From the NCBI GenBank assembly GCA_040954595.2, contig CM082578.2, positions 5,999,519-6,063,518 on the forward strand: DNA of 64,000 nucleotides, read 5' to 3'. Made by a program: the position numbers and the translations under genes. The DNA is from Balanoglossus misakiensis (taxonomy: Eukaryota > Animalia > Hemichordata). Numbering within the stretch: position 1 is the first letter of the stretch; each line of letters opens with the position of its first letter. Shown here piece after piece: positions 1 to 14,334 of the stretch. The notes under the pieces were generated by a model. That model saw only the letters and a program-made list of their open reading frames with translations. It was not told where the DNA came from and ran no database searches.

Positions 1-213
1 GATGGCGTCTATATACAGCGAGCGGGACTTTTCATTTGTAAATTGTTTCGACGGAATGAGACAATTGGTTACGTAGCAAAGAGTTTGGCGTGGCCGTGTT
101 GGAAACCAGGCATGGACGACTGGAACTCTCGTGTGTGGAAATATGGATTCTCTGACGTCATCAACAGACTCGACAACAATGCTCGTTGCTTTTCACGTTG
201 CCGTACATGTACA

Positions 214-214
<1 letters not shown>

Positions 215-302
<88 letters not shown>
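215..302. repeat. (TCA)n trinucleotide microsatellite
   Basis: About 29 perfect copies; source of the poly-I/S/M/D pseudo-ORFs. Confidence 0.97.
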
Positions 303-355
303 TAACATCTGCATTTCTATACTTGTAACCTTCGGCCCCAAATTGCTTTCTTAAT

Positions 356-384
356 CTCCCCCCTCTCTCTCCCTCCCTCTCTCT

Positions 385-451
<67 letters not shown>

Positions 452-458
452 TCTCTCG
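356..458. repeat. (CT)n dinucleotide microsatellite
   Basis: Pyrimidine tract with a long perfect CT core. Confidence 0.95.
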
Positions 459-1688
459 CTTGTAGTTTTCGCAGTGTAGCAGTCATGTACATATTTATTG
501 ACCTATTTACTTACTTACTTATTTAGTTATCTAGTCTCTATCTATACATCTATCTATGTGTCTATTGAGATAAATTCAGTTATAATGTCAAATATAATCG
601 ACGTCTTCCAATTCATCAATATTTGCAGGTTCAGATGGAGATACATAAAACAAGATAGCATAAGCAAGAACAATGCAACCTATCTATATGATGATATACA
701 CGAAAGGAACTGTAACAGAGAACCTGACATTGTAAGCATCTAAACCGATTCAAATGCACATACTTCAACTGCCATTAAAATTGTAAAATATGGAAAGGTC
801 AACATCGCAAGCATAACAGCGACATTGATCGTGACGTCGAGACATTCAATTTGAAAATGTACACATGCACCTAGATACAGACTTGAAAAACGACGTTCCA
901 TATACAGGTGTGTGAATTTTAATGAACAACAAAGGTAACATAGATATTTGACAACGTTTTCTCAACCTATGCTATAGTATTAGGGAAGCAGTTTTGACTT
1001 TTTCTTATAGATTGCCAGATCTGACAGATTGTTGACCCTTATAAACGATGTTTCCCGTCTTCCTCTGTCGAGCGTAGCTCTATGTTTAGGCTACCGTACA
1101 AAAAAAAGTGAAACTGACATGATTATTATTTAACAAGCACTCGGTGGCCTGTTATCAAAGTTAAGTTAATCTATGCCAGGGCGGCTGACGTGGGCAGATA
1201 GTATAAAACGCATCACAATCGCTGTGTCGTGATTTCAGTACTCCGGCAGGCAATTTTGTCATATTAAAGCATTAGTCACGCCCAATTGAAAGACATCATC
1301 GTCAAAACCGACTGCAACAAAATGCACCAGTACAATAAGGCCAATCAAAGGGCCTTCGGAAGATATAAAGTATATGACATGCAGTGAGATGATGCTGTGG
1401 ACGAGCTTCGCCGTTCTCAGATTGTTGGACAGTGTGCACAGTCACTAGCAATTTTTTTCTGTCGATGTTTGTTACAGAATCCAAAGTTTGTGCGAGCAAC
1501 AAGCTTCAACTTTTGATATTCTGTATTCCGTATGCATTATCTGTATAGTTCTCGTTTGAGTCCATAAAGCGCGGCGAAATACCTGGTAATAATTTCTAAA
1601 CGTAACACAGCCCACGGGTACGGGAATAATTGTTGAAAACGAAATTTGAATTGATTTCAATCATCAACAATAAGGGTGGAAGTCACAT

Positions 1689-1842
1689 ATGTACGTATGT
1701 ATGTATTTATGTATGTATGTATGTATGGATGGATGGATGGATGGATGGATGGACGGATGTATACATTTGTTTGTTTGTTTGTTTGTTCGTTTTTTTGTCT
1801 TTCTTCGTCTGTTAGTTGGTTCGCTTGTTTGCTTGTTTTTTT

Positions 1843-1926
<84 letters not shown>

Positions 1927-1950
1927 TGGTGCCTGTCTGTCTGCCTGCAT
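1689..1950. repeat. Compound tetranucleotide microsatellite (TATG)-(GATG)-(TTTG)-(TTTC)-(GTCT)
   Basis: Successive 4-mer arrays are directly visible; TTTC is the longest. Confidence 0.93.
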
Positions 1951-4900
1951 GCACGCATGGTATCGACGACGACACGTATTCCGCTGCACAGATGTTCCGT
2001 CAACAGAAATGACCTTGTGACAATCGCCGCCATTTCGGCAGTTGTACATGGCTGAAACAACACGAGGCCGCAAAGTTCAAAAACAAAAGTGGACCGCTTC
2101 GAAAAATCTAAGTGACCACTCGTCCGTCCACGCGGGAATGGGTCTAATGAGGCAGCTGGCTTGGCGGCTTAGACGGTGTGAAGTGTCGTGACACTTGAGC
2201 GCGTGCTTTTGATTTGAGGTCGGAACTGGCAATGGTACTTGAGTGGTTTTATCTCCGTCAGATGGCTGAAATGCGGCTGGACACAAACGAGAGTGTTAAG
2301 ATAATGAAATGTACTAAAGATAACACTTGACGATAATCATTTCCCCTCTATATTTTTTCTTTGCAGATTATCCGTTCTAAAACCAACACATCGTGCGCGC
2401 TGGTGACTTAGCGGCTTAAAATATCATGCGCTTAGTTAAACCTCTCTAAACCTCTCTAATGTCTAATGCAATAAACCACGCGATATATTATCGAAATCCG
2501 ACATTACCAACCCTAAAAGATTACTACTAAGCTGTATCATCCGTGTACAAGACACCAACGCCTGAAATTTCTTGATGTGTGTTTTTTATAAGCTTGTGAA
2601 CTGTCACTGCAGGCATGAAACCGACTGATGTTATTTTTCGGCAAATCGATAAGATTCTCGACGGAATCTCGTTCACCACGCCGGATAGCATCGTTCAGTC
2701 AGTCACGTATAGTACACGCCTAGTTTCAGTCGTCGTTTCATGGCAGAAGTCGTTGCTCATGAGCTTGGAGAACTTTCTTTGCATCTGATATAATTGCTGT
2801 AACGACACAATTACATGTACATGATTTCTGCTGGGTAGACGAGACGTTTCTTTAATCCCACCACGGGTACTGTATTCCGACAAGAACGGAGCAGTCGTCG
2901 GAAAAAGATATCGAGGCTTCGAGTATGAGAGCACGCGTGAATATAGGCAGATGAACTTGCATTGAACGCATGCAAAATTACAACCGGTCAGTTAATCGTT
3001 GCGTTTTTTAACAGCAGGACTGAGCGGTCCTTTGCCTGAAGACTTTTTACACGATTCTGCTGGCCATTTTGTCTACACGCAGACCATTTGCAACCTGCCC
3101 GCCCAAGGATTTCTTGTAGTACAGCGGGTGTGTCGGGTGGCCATGTATATGAGCGCCGGATAACTCCGCCATACACGGATGTTACATACACGCGCCTTTG
3201 TTCGACGAGCATCGTGAGTTGGCCATCGGTTCGAGTCACAAGTGGATGATTGTTTTGTCATACACGTTGCAATGCATAGAACAATGCAATCCGTTTTATT
3301 GCTAAATTGACATATCCCACACTGAACAGAAAGAGCCCGTGTTATTTTTTTCCCACAGAATTTGCAAAACACTTGCGACTGCCTCTTTGAAGAGCGCATT
3401 TACAAAGCGTTTTTTTTTCTTTTTACAAAGCGAGTGTATTGTAGGTGACATATGTATTCCCCAATTTACAAAGTGGAAAACACGGTATGTTCATCTTTGA
3501 CTTCGTTGCAATGAGTCAGCATTGTTCTGATCATCTGCTGATTGGGTGCCACAGTGACCTCTAGTTGACCCCTCTTACCCCACAGTTAATGGCTCCCCAT
3601 TGTATGCGGTGTATCTGCAGTCAAAAAGCTGTCTTCTCGGCACCGTGCATCATTTGGTAGCATACCGGAAATTTCATTTCGCTTTATTTGCATAATAATA
3701 GCGGAGCCAAGCTGCTGTGCGTTCTCGGGGTTATGGCGGCGCATGTTTTTTTTTTCTCTTTCTCTTTTTTGTTAATGGAAAAAAACCACGAGAAAAAGAA
3801 CTTTACCGGAAGTGAAATACCTGGCGGTGACAGGTTCCCTAGTGTTTCATTTAAGTCAAATACATCTCAATATTCGTTGCCTGGTTTCTGTTTTGTCAGA
3901 GGAGTCCGACCAATGAGGTTCGTTACAACTGGCTTGCCTCGCCGAGGATAGGCGCTGAACTTTCACCTCTTCAGTTGAACCCGATACATTAGAAAATTTC
4001 ACTAAAGGTCCCCGCAACTATATATCATAAAGACTTACTCTATCATCTAAGTCACGTTGCTCACCAAAAAAAAACAGCCGGGAATAGTATACCGTCTGCA
4101 CATTGATGGAAAGGATGCCGATATTGATCAAAACCCAAAGTGATGCTTGACTGGCTGTCAAACCACGGAAATAAACATAAGTAAAAGGCGAACTACCTCC
4201 TTTTTATTCGGCGGAAAAAGAAACGGAACTAAGGTGATCCAACAAGTTTACGCCATTGTTTGACATAAACAAAGGCGGGATGCTGGATTCCCGATGGTCG
4301 TATTCATACGTCATCAATAAACAATGTCAATGGGAGTGTAATTACTGCCCCGAGATATTAATCAACATGCTATGAATCACTTATACCGCATAGAACGTCC
4401 ATTGAGCATAAATACGTATTCCAAATATATACATTTTGTATTATATATAAATACATGTTGCTATATATGTGTGTAATATATTCATCAATATATATATATA
4501 CATATTCAGTATTCATCAATTTATATATGTTCAACAATTACGTTATATTTCTCATTGACAGTTCTTTAGTTGGTTGATGAGGAAATATTCGTTTAACCCG
4601 GCTATCTCTATCTTCTGGGCGTTTTAACTCCATTCTGTCGCCAGTCGTAGCCCAAGTATATGCTCACTTTCGGCCCAGGAGTTGATGTACATGTTGTGGC
4701 CGGTAATATTGTTTCTTCACTGTGCGCTGTCCATTAGTGCATATAGTATGTCGTTTGCAGCGATTGCACGATTCAGCCTCTAACTACCTTAACGAGTCGG
4801 AAATGAACCCCTCCAGCTGAAATATAACACTATTGAATTCCTGCGAGTCGCGTTGTAAGGCAATCTGCAGCAAAATGCATCGATCGAAAGCCAGATTTGA

Positions 4901-5714
4901 CTTTCTTCTCTCTCCACCACCGTGGGGCTGCAGGCAGGCAGACAGGCTGTTTTACTACCACTCTTTGGCCCAATCGCTCTGTCTTAACGCTCCCCTTTTA
5001 AGGAGACAGCCTCGGGTCTTCGCCATCGATTGTTCCACAAATTTGTGCTTTCTCTAATTTGTTCCCCAGTCTGGGTTGAATGTTAAACGCTCTCTTTTCA
5101 CTCAGATGCGTTTCAAGTTGCAGACGCAGTTTAATGTGGGATGTGCATTATTGCTCCCCAATGCAGTTTCATGTCCTAAATTGTGTCACTCAGACTTGCC
5201 AGTCTCCCGATAATGAGGGCGAGTGTTTACGGCTCCGGTTCACGTGATGCGCGTCCCAGGGATCGCATGTGCGTCTCAACTCTACGGTAGTTCAATGTGC
5301 AAATGTAGTTTCCAAAAGCCTGTTCCTGCATGCCGCACTGTGTAATACATTTTATCTGATGTGCGCATGCTTATTCCTGTTCCACGTCCTCTGCTTATTG
5401 TACTACTCGGCAAGAATATGAATTTCACTGCCGCACTACTGCTTGCTGTGATCCGCTTGGTCTGATGTCATCATTTGCAAATTAATTATATTGTTAAATT
5501 AATCTGTCCGCACATCATGTACACGGTCACATGGGTGGGTGGCGTCGCTTTATTTGCTCGCATCTGGCTTGCTTTCACTTATAGTTATAGTATCCTATAC
5601 ACGTATGTAACATACGAGAACCCCAGGAAAGCAGGAAAATAATATATCACGTTATGTATTCATAACGGCGCCATTTTTTCATTAAAGACAAATTTATTTA
5701 TTCTGACAATGTAC

Positions 5715-5759
5715 ATATTATTTATTTATTTATTATTTATTTATTTATTTATTTATTTA
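5715..5759. repeat. (TTTA)n microsatellite
   Basis: Near-perfect TTTA array. Confidence 0.85.
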
Positions 5760-8700
5760 CATTCATCCAATTAATAGTTCGCATCCTTTGAAGATTCAGC
5801 CTGCGACCTTCCCGAGTTTGGTTTGGGTTCTGTTCCATGGTAACTCACCGTTCGGGCTTTTTTTTACTTTGCCCGCTTTTACACTACGCCGAGCAGTTTG
5901 ATCTCAGAGGCGTCGACTTTATGCGGATTCACCGAACTCACCGGTTTATACGTTGTGGTCTAGCCGCAGTAACCAGAAACGCATCGTTTGTGCATCTTTT
6001 ATGGGAAATAAAATTACGTCGAGCTGAATCGACCGGGGAATCGTTGTGGTTTCTGCCATTTCCAACGCCCTGTTTTCTGACTCGACGGCGCCTCCGCCGA
6101 TGATTGAGTGAGTGCGCGGAATCAAATCTCACACTCAAAAAAAAAAACTTTTGTCACTAAACTCTTCCCAGTTTCCAATATCAACGGACATCTACAAATA
6201 ACATACAGAGAGAGAGAGAGAAAAGGCCCTCCGGCAGATAGCTGCCAAATGTATACTAATGATTTTTTTCTATCTGCTTGCTCCATTAATTTAATTGATC
6301 CGAAATAATTCATAATGAGGCGAATAAACGCCGAGGCAAATTGCATTAAAATTAATTGATTTTGTATTATTGATAGTGTATAGTGTAAGCTGGTCTGTCA
6401 TCCCACTCTATAACTATTTGTTAATAAGGCTGAACAATGGTTTTTCCATGTAGGGCTAGGACGGCGATGACACGCTGTGTTTTTTTTCTGCGGGAACTTT
6501 GATAAATTGTAATTTAATTGTCATATATATGTGCGGCCGATCTCTTTTAAAACTCGGGAAAAAAGAGCATGGGAGACGCGAGATAATGTTTTTCTTTGAT
6601 GTACGTTTGATGTCTTTTGTTATATTGGAAAAGCTTACGCAGACCCCCCTTTTTTAATATGCAGACTAGTGAAGATTCATTGTTGCGGTGTCACCTTCCC
6701 CGACGATTCTGAGCCATGCTCACCCAGTGTACACCTTGCCAGCCCCGGGCGCTCATTCGGAAATAATCCCGTGTAAGTCAATTTGTGCATCTGAGAAATC
6801 CCACTTAAGTAAATGAAGCGAGGGGTACTGCAGCAAAGGGACGCGCACTGCGCTCCTAAACGACAACTAGTTGGGATGGCTGGCTTTTACTGAACTCGCT
6901 ACACATTATCGCATGTGACACTTTAAGTGGTTCTATGGAACACTGGGACCGGGTACGCTGGGACTCGGCAAATGGCTGGCTGGCCCCGCACCAGCATCCT
7001 GTGCAAAACGAGTGCAGCCCGATTGGCAACGATTAACAGTGATTTCTGGTCGATGCTCTAGGAACGCTTCAAACTCCCAAATGTCGTCGTCTCCTCAATT
7101 GGATTGCTTTTTATTAGCTTAATGCGCCGGTTTGCTTCTCTAATGGTGGTCACGTCCACGTAATTGGTAAATGTATTCCGTCGGCAGAAATTCGACTGTT
7201 TCACTCCACCCCCGTCGTAACTTCCTTCTCAATTACTTTAATGGGTAAATGGTCGGCAGGTCGAAATTTTCAAGGCGATGATATCAGACACTTGTGCGCG
7301 GCGGCAGACGACAGGGAGGAGACAGGGCGCACAGATTTTCAAGTGCTAACGCAATATGGATAGTTCCCAAACTACCAAACTCTAAGCAACTAGAGACGCA
7401 GAAAAAAAAACTATTTGTAAAATACAACCGGGGTACTTTTAACTTTTTATCTCACTATCGACGCTAGGTTCTTTTGTCACGCAAACTCATCGCGGAAGAT
7501 ACAAGTACCCCCTGTCTGACACGATTTCCACATTTCCCATCACTGCGTTTTGCTGTCGTCGCCCTTCGGGCATGCCTGTGGGGGGGAACCGTGTTGGGGT
7601 TGGGGGGTCCGTTGGACAAGGATCTGGTGGGACAAAACACGGACAAGCTGTAATCCGTGATGGGATGTTTCAACTAAGGCGATACGAATTATTTTATTGG
7701 GATAACGTTTTTGGCATGTAAGGAGGAGAGTTGCCTTGAAAACCGTATTTCAAGTCTTGTATAGTTCATAGACCCTAGAGAAAGATGTATAGTTCAAGAA
7801 ATAATATTCACTATTCAGATTTAAAATTAGAAATTTACTTAATAAAAACCAGGAAATTATCTATAGCATGTTCTTTGATGACTTCTGCTGTTTGGATTAG
7901 TGTTGTTGCCAAGTGTTTACTCACGTCGATAATAAGTGTCAAAATATGTTGCACTTTGAGGAATTTTGGAGGTAAGCAAGGACTTGATAAGTGTAAACCT
8001 ACAAAGTTACACAGGCCAGACTGGTGTAGGTTTGTAATTTCAACAATATTCGTTTTTTTTTCTTTCCAGTGTGCAAATAAGCTGATTATTTCTTCTGCAT
8101 TTCTTTTCGTTTAGAGATGGCGGGTCCCTGTTTTGAAATGTGCACCAGTATAAATTTTTGCGTGTGCAATCTCCTGGGTTGATCATAGTTTGGGCAGCTA
8201 ATGCACCACGTTTACAGAACGCAAACGACAAACTTTCAATGGTATACAGGTATATTATGACAGAACTTCATGACCTCTGCGCCCGATTTGTTCTGCACAG
8301 AAGTAATTTTCACGACAATTGCGGTGTATTCTGCAGCAGTATTTCCACCAGCGCAGCGAGCAGAATACGCGCTGAAGTCAAGGAGTTCTGTTTTTTGTAT
8401 CCCCTCACCCCATCATCACCCCATGCCCCACCCCCCACACACATTTAGCAAAAATCAAAATTTCCAAAGTGAAGCCATGATTTTCCGTACATGGATGCGG
8501 TAGCTATAGACCGTGGTTGCTTGACCAAGCTATACGCAGTCGTTGTTATGCAAAGTGGCGGTCATTGTCGCAAGTTCGCATCGGCAATTCGAGAAAACTT
8601 GGACAAGATCGAGTAGTTTTCGTAAATTTTGAGGTTACCCAATATAGTGACGCCTATCCTTTGTCCTTTTGACCATAGCTGGGAAAGATAGTCAAAATGA

Positions 8701-11700
8701 GCCCTAATAATCAATATATTTACTAACATTTTTGTCGAAGTTAAATAAATTGGTTCTTCCACGAAGTTGCCAGGTTTTAAAACTGAAAGGTTTCGTTTCA
8801 TAGAGTGTCTTACTCGGTTATTGCAACGCTCTTTAGCGGCAAAATACCACATCATACAAGATCAACTGCAATCGAGTTAGAAATTGACACTTCACACCGT
8901 CGTCGCACGTTAGCTTGAAATAATTTCCTGCATATATTTTACTGAATTTTAGCAGTCATTCTCATATTTCATCATGATAATTATTTATTCATATCTATTT
9001 GTGTGTAAGTGTACTTTAAGGAGGGATATATCATAGGGTGTGTGACCCATCCAGACTCAGTCGATATATATAAATTTACTGCTCGCCTTTGGTTTGAATT
9101 TCTTTCTTTTTATATGCTTCTCCCCACTCTCCCACTTCCAACTCGGAGAGAAGTTTGTCACCTCATCACGGTTTCCATGGCAGGATATGACTTCGAAAAT
9201 ATTTGTATGTGAATTTCACCGTCATTTCCTTTTTAAAATTAACTGCAACCTCTAAATACTCCAAAGCCGGATTTCCTAAAGAGCTCATATACATACACGT
9301 GCTATTGTTGCTAACGCTTCCCGACGCAAAGATAACGATCAACAACATAAAGGACTTGCGTTTTTCGTCACTCTTTCTCGCAGAGAGGAGTCGTTCTTTT
9401 TAGTTGTCTGTCTTCTTGTCGTGTCGACTGCCAGTTTTGCGGGGCAATTAATTACATGATGGTCCTCCGTGTTCTGCACATTAAAACTGGATCGTCCTAA
9501 CCAAATTCCTGTTTCGCACAAAAGCCGCGGACGTTTCAATTAACAGAACGAGGTTACAATGAACTCCGGGCGTCCGCCGACAATGGACTTGAACCAGTTC
9601 ACGTGCACGTGGCACCAGTCTCGCGTAACAACGGGCGGCGCGGCGCGGCGCGGCCTCTCTGCACCCGGTGCCCGGCGATGCCTCTCCCTCAATGAATGCG
9701 GAAACAGAAGGATCGTAGTCTTCGAATATTATTGTGTATTATTCGCTGATTCGATCCATATGCCCGACTGGGATAAGTCAACGTTGATTAAGTGTAGATG
9801 GACTGCAGCAGATAAGGCAACCATGGTAACAGGCTTTAACTGAACATAGCCTATACAGCCGCTTTGTCGCACTAATTGATAAAAAGGAGAGATTTTGGCA
9901 ACTGACTCATGTCGAAAAAACTATCTGTTTTGACGAAAAAAAGACGAACGGACATGTGTACTTTATGACACGAAATACCCCATCCATTAATCAATATATG
10001 TACATATATTTATATCACAAACAAACAACAAAAGCTACTGGTTAGTTTCATGACAGAATCGTGGAGAAGTATTATGGGCTACATGTCGTGATAAGAATTC
10101 AGTTGCGCTATCATGGTGGATAACCTCCGATCCCGAGGCATTAAATCGATAATCAATAGCTGGTTCAATCACTCACCAAGATACCGAGTTTGGGCGTCAA
10201 AAGACACTTTGACCACGTGTGGGCAACCATTGCGTTATTTATATAATCCATAACAGCGATATATTCCTTTTGGCTGATAACAGTTAATTTTGAAGGCAAA
10301 AATAAAACAATTGCATCTTACGTTTCCATACGGTATCCCCCCTGAACTATTGAGTGTACATACAGCCTAATTGATGTAACTTTCGAGTTGCAGAATAGTC
10401 GCCGAGGCCGCCCTAGGTTTCAAGGTTTCTCGCCATGGTATACCGCTGTTTCTGTGTGTGCGGTTTTCTTGTGAATTAAGCACGTATTCATAAAATTTCC
10501 ACCAACACACCATAAATGGCTGATTTATTACTGTGAGAGACATATTTACGAGCCATCGCTTATGTTTAATTTGAACGAATGTCACTTTTCATGAACTCGT
10601 CACGTCTATAGCTGAGACAGGTCCGCTGGTCAGTGAACGGGTGTGTGTTTTTTGTATGGATAAAAAAGGCACGGCGGCGAAAAGTTACATTTGTCGGGTG
10701 TCTGCGACATTATCCCGCCAGTGCGCAGTCACCATCGACTTCAGTGTAATTGCTGGTTGTATGTACGGCGCTGAGTAAACAACTGGAATGGCATTTATAC
10801 ACAGGCGTGACCACATTGACAAAGGAAATTAATCCCTTCATTATGTCGCTATATTGGTGTGTGTGTATATCCATATAAAATAGGAGCGAGAGAAAAAAAA
10901 TCACTCTAAAAACATGTTCAGCCGGGCAGTGTCTCTAAATCACCATAATTGCGCAAATGAATCGCGATTAAACAAAATAACACAGTCATTAGGAGATGAC
11001 ACCTCGGAATGAGTAACGCACGAGACAAGACGAAAACAAAAGAAAATCAATTGATGACAAATGATCATTATTGTCCCACAAGAGGGTGCCTATGGAAACT
11101 GGCGAAACCGGTTGTGCGGGTGTTTTCTGTTCGGCTTTGTCTTTCAGTCAAAAGTCACAGTCTGAGTTTTATGGTTGATACTTTCTACCCTGCGATCTTT
11201 TTTTTTTTTTTTGGCCCGCTGAATGGAGATCATCAGCAGCGTCGGTGCTATCTTCCTGTCGCCATCGCCGAGTAGGCCAATCAAATTCTATTGTTGGGTC
11301 CCGGCGCGTATTACCATCCGTAAAATTCGTTGGAGTGCACACGTGATTCTTGGTGCGTTGTGTCATACTGTGTGTGTGTGCAACCGAGAAACGTTTCTTC
11401 TCAGAGACAACACAGTATCATCCGCGATTTTTGAAACAGGTCACAGACATGACAGGCCTGCCGAGGCAAGATGTCATACGCGTGGTCGACGACAATAGAG
11501 CAAGACCCGAAAACAACACCCCGACGCTTGTGTCCTTCAAATTAAAATCGGGGGTACCATCCGGGCCCCTTTTTTCCCCGCAGAGGCGACAGATTAAAAC
11601 AGTCAATAGGTTCGACATACAGTTTATGGTTTTGTCCATTTACTTATTTATTATCGTTCATATCAAAAACTCATTATACAGTGATGAACGGTCTGGGCAC

Positions 11701-13183
11701 AGCTTTTTTAATGATTGCAGCATTTGCGACTTGTGTATTTTACCCATTGTTGCTAAATGCCTCGCACCATAATGAGTTCGTTGTCGTGTGTTGCACCAGT
11801 CATATGCGCCGTATATTAATTTTTTTTTTTTTGGCCGACTCGGCTGCATATGCGATTTAATTTGTGATAAAAACCCACGCGCGCGAGAGCAGCAGTTCGG
11901 CAGCCTGGGTATCCCGTGAAACAGAAAGAAAGGCGAGGCACTTGCGTATAGTCGCTGTGCCCCGGGCGGGAACCGATCGCTTTCTAATTAACGTTGGTTT
12001 AGTATATTTGTCTGTTTGATCTATGTTGGCTCCCGCAGGTGCCAGTGGCACAGAAGAGTAAAAAAAAGAAAAACTGGCGAACAACTGTTACAATTTTTGG
12101 AAAAACTCGTCATCAACAGAAATGAAGCGCGGGCTAGCTCGTCCGGGACATGATGATTTCAACAAAGATTAGGGCCTATGAACCAGACCGCAAAAAATGG
12201 ACTCACTAAATAAATTGAGTTGGACAATGCAAGCTGTCAGCCTCGATATTCCCTCCATTTCGAATTTGGGGACATTGACTGGAATTGCAGAGACATGATT
12301 TGAATATTTCAGGGTTAGCAGTCGACAGATTCTTGTTTTACTCACCCAATTTTCCCAACAATTTTAAAATCCTGATGCTCACCCCTTTACAAGTTTTGTT
12401 CGTTTTTCAGATAATTTTGCTGTCACTATACTGCACGAAGCGTCGTCGGAATTAGATCGCACTTCATCGTACCTTATACCGGAAGTAGGATGACGTAATA
12501 TTTGATCCTGATCTTAGCCGGCCATTACCCTCTCTTATGAGGCATGGGACGGCCGCAACAGGTTGAAATCCGAGAACAAACTTTCAAGGTTTAAAGAAAA
12601 GTTCATTTCCCGTCTCAAGACCGTTCATCGTATCTTTTATACAAAAAAGCTATCTATGAAGTGCAATGTATTATTTTGGAAATTTTTTCCCCATTTTCTT
12701 TGCCATGAAAGAGGGGCTTTTCAGCCAGACTTCAAGCAGGATTTCTTTCACTGATCTCTCAACGTGGCCACGCCCCGTTGTCTAGCGGCGGTTCTCACAT
12801 CAAAATGATCTCTCAGAGTGCTATTTCCTAATTGGGCGAGAATGAAAAGAAAATTACAGCACTTCCTTTGGTGATAATGGCAATCTATCGACGGTTTTGC
12901 ACAACAATCCTATTAATTTTCCCCCTAGCCCGCAATTTACTCACTGACGTATAATAACACAAAAGTTGGCAACAGTGGAAGAAGAAGAAAAAAACGAAAA
13001 TTGCCACTCGCCAAGGTTGGCTATAAAGACGTAATTACGAGCAAGTGTTAAGGCCCTCTCTGAAGAAGAAAGACTTTGTAATCACGACAGCATGAAAGGA
13101 TATATCTCGGAGAAAGTGACGATGCGTTTAACCTTTTCTGTCACCATGGCTTGGTCTGCTCCTGGTCTGTCGCCATCATGATT

Positions 13184-13215
<32 letters not shown>
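13184..13215. repeat. (TTG)n microsatellite
   Basis: About 10 perfect copies. Confidence 0.9.
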
Positions 13216-13411
13216 CACATATTGCATCCACGGCAAGGGAATGTGAACGACTTGATTCCGTACCAATTTCTCGACTGGCGATCAACCGCGACGGAAAATA
13301 GAGAAATAACTCTATGTGGAAAACACTGCGCACGACAAAGATAATTAGCACCGTCTTGTACTTTTCCCCTCGATAACACCCGTCCACTACTGATCCCCGG
13401 AGAATCCTCAG

Positions 13412-13523
13412 TCTGTCTCTCTTTCTGTGTCTCACTCCGTCTCTGTCTGTCCATTTCTCTCTGTCTCTGTCTGTCTCTCTGTCTCTCTCTCTCTCTGCCT
13501 CTCTCTCTCTCTCTCTCTCTCTC
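13412..13523. repeat. (CT)/(CTGT) degenerate microsatellite
   Basis: CT-rich tract with GT interruptions. Confidence 0.88.
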
Positions 13524-14299
13524 AAAGCCCCCTCATATTTTTGCAACGCTTTACCACCGAAAAGCAGTTTTGACTTCCGTCGAATCCAGCAATTATAACC
13601 AAGATAAAGTAAATGTTCAAGACATCACTGCAAGGCTAAATTAGCTAGAAGTGTGAATTCGAGTAAAATGACCACCCCCCCCCCCCCCCATGCCGTGATT
13701 ACTGATTCGGTGGGATGCTCGGGTCCATCATTTATTTCACTTCCGAGATTCTAGATTTGTGTGTGACGTTTTTTCTACGACATCTCTGAATTAGATATTA
13801 GAGATAATATCAACGTATAAGAGTAAACCACGTACAGCGGCGTCGTGTGTTCGTCATCTGTAAGAAACCGTGACTGTTCCTTTACGAGTGAAAGGATCAC
13901 AGCGTGGTATGTTTGACAGGGTAGGTATTTAGTACGGATACGTTTTACAAAACGAGGGCTCTTCCTTTAGAAAAGGGCCGTCTGAAGCATTCTCGACTTC
14001 TTATTCAGAGGCAAATTTGACATGCTTACAAGAAAGCAATGGCCTACGAGCCTTCGCTATAATAGCGCTCTTTAAAGCTGCACTTGGCCTACACCGACGT
14101 TGTCGTCATTTGTCCCGCTGGCTGAATGTGCTCCGTTGGAGCGACCTTGGGAACATTGAAAGTCCGAATCCTTGCATTTCGCGAAACTTTGTGTGAGCGT
14201 TGGGGAGACTCCCCATGGGACAGTTTCCGCCTTCTTTGTGCGTGCAATTCACCCCTGAAAGTTTGTGCCCATGTCTCCATTGATGGCGAGATACAATAA

Positions 14300-14334
14300 G
14301 TTGCCATGGTTACCGATGTGTCACCGATGGAAAC
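14300..14334. promoter_or_regulatory. Paired RFX X-box-like sites GTTGCCATGGTTAC and GTCACCGATGGAAAC
   Basis: Two adjacent near-consensus X-boxes about 5 kb downstream of fezf; another at 15198 (ATTGCCATGGTAAC). Confidence 0.35.

Noticed and set aside
43-492. Poly-I/M/S/D and RE-repeat ORFs
   Set aside because: Translations of the (TCA)n and (CT)n microsatellites.
3228-3240. GGTTCGAGTC tRNA T-loop/B-box-like motif
   Set aside because: No cloverleaf, A-box or SINE body around it.
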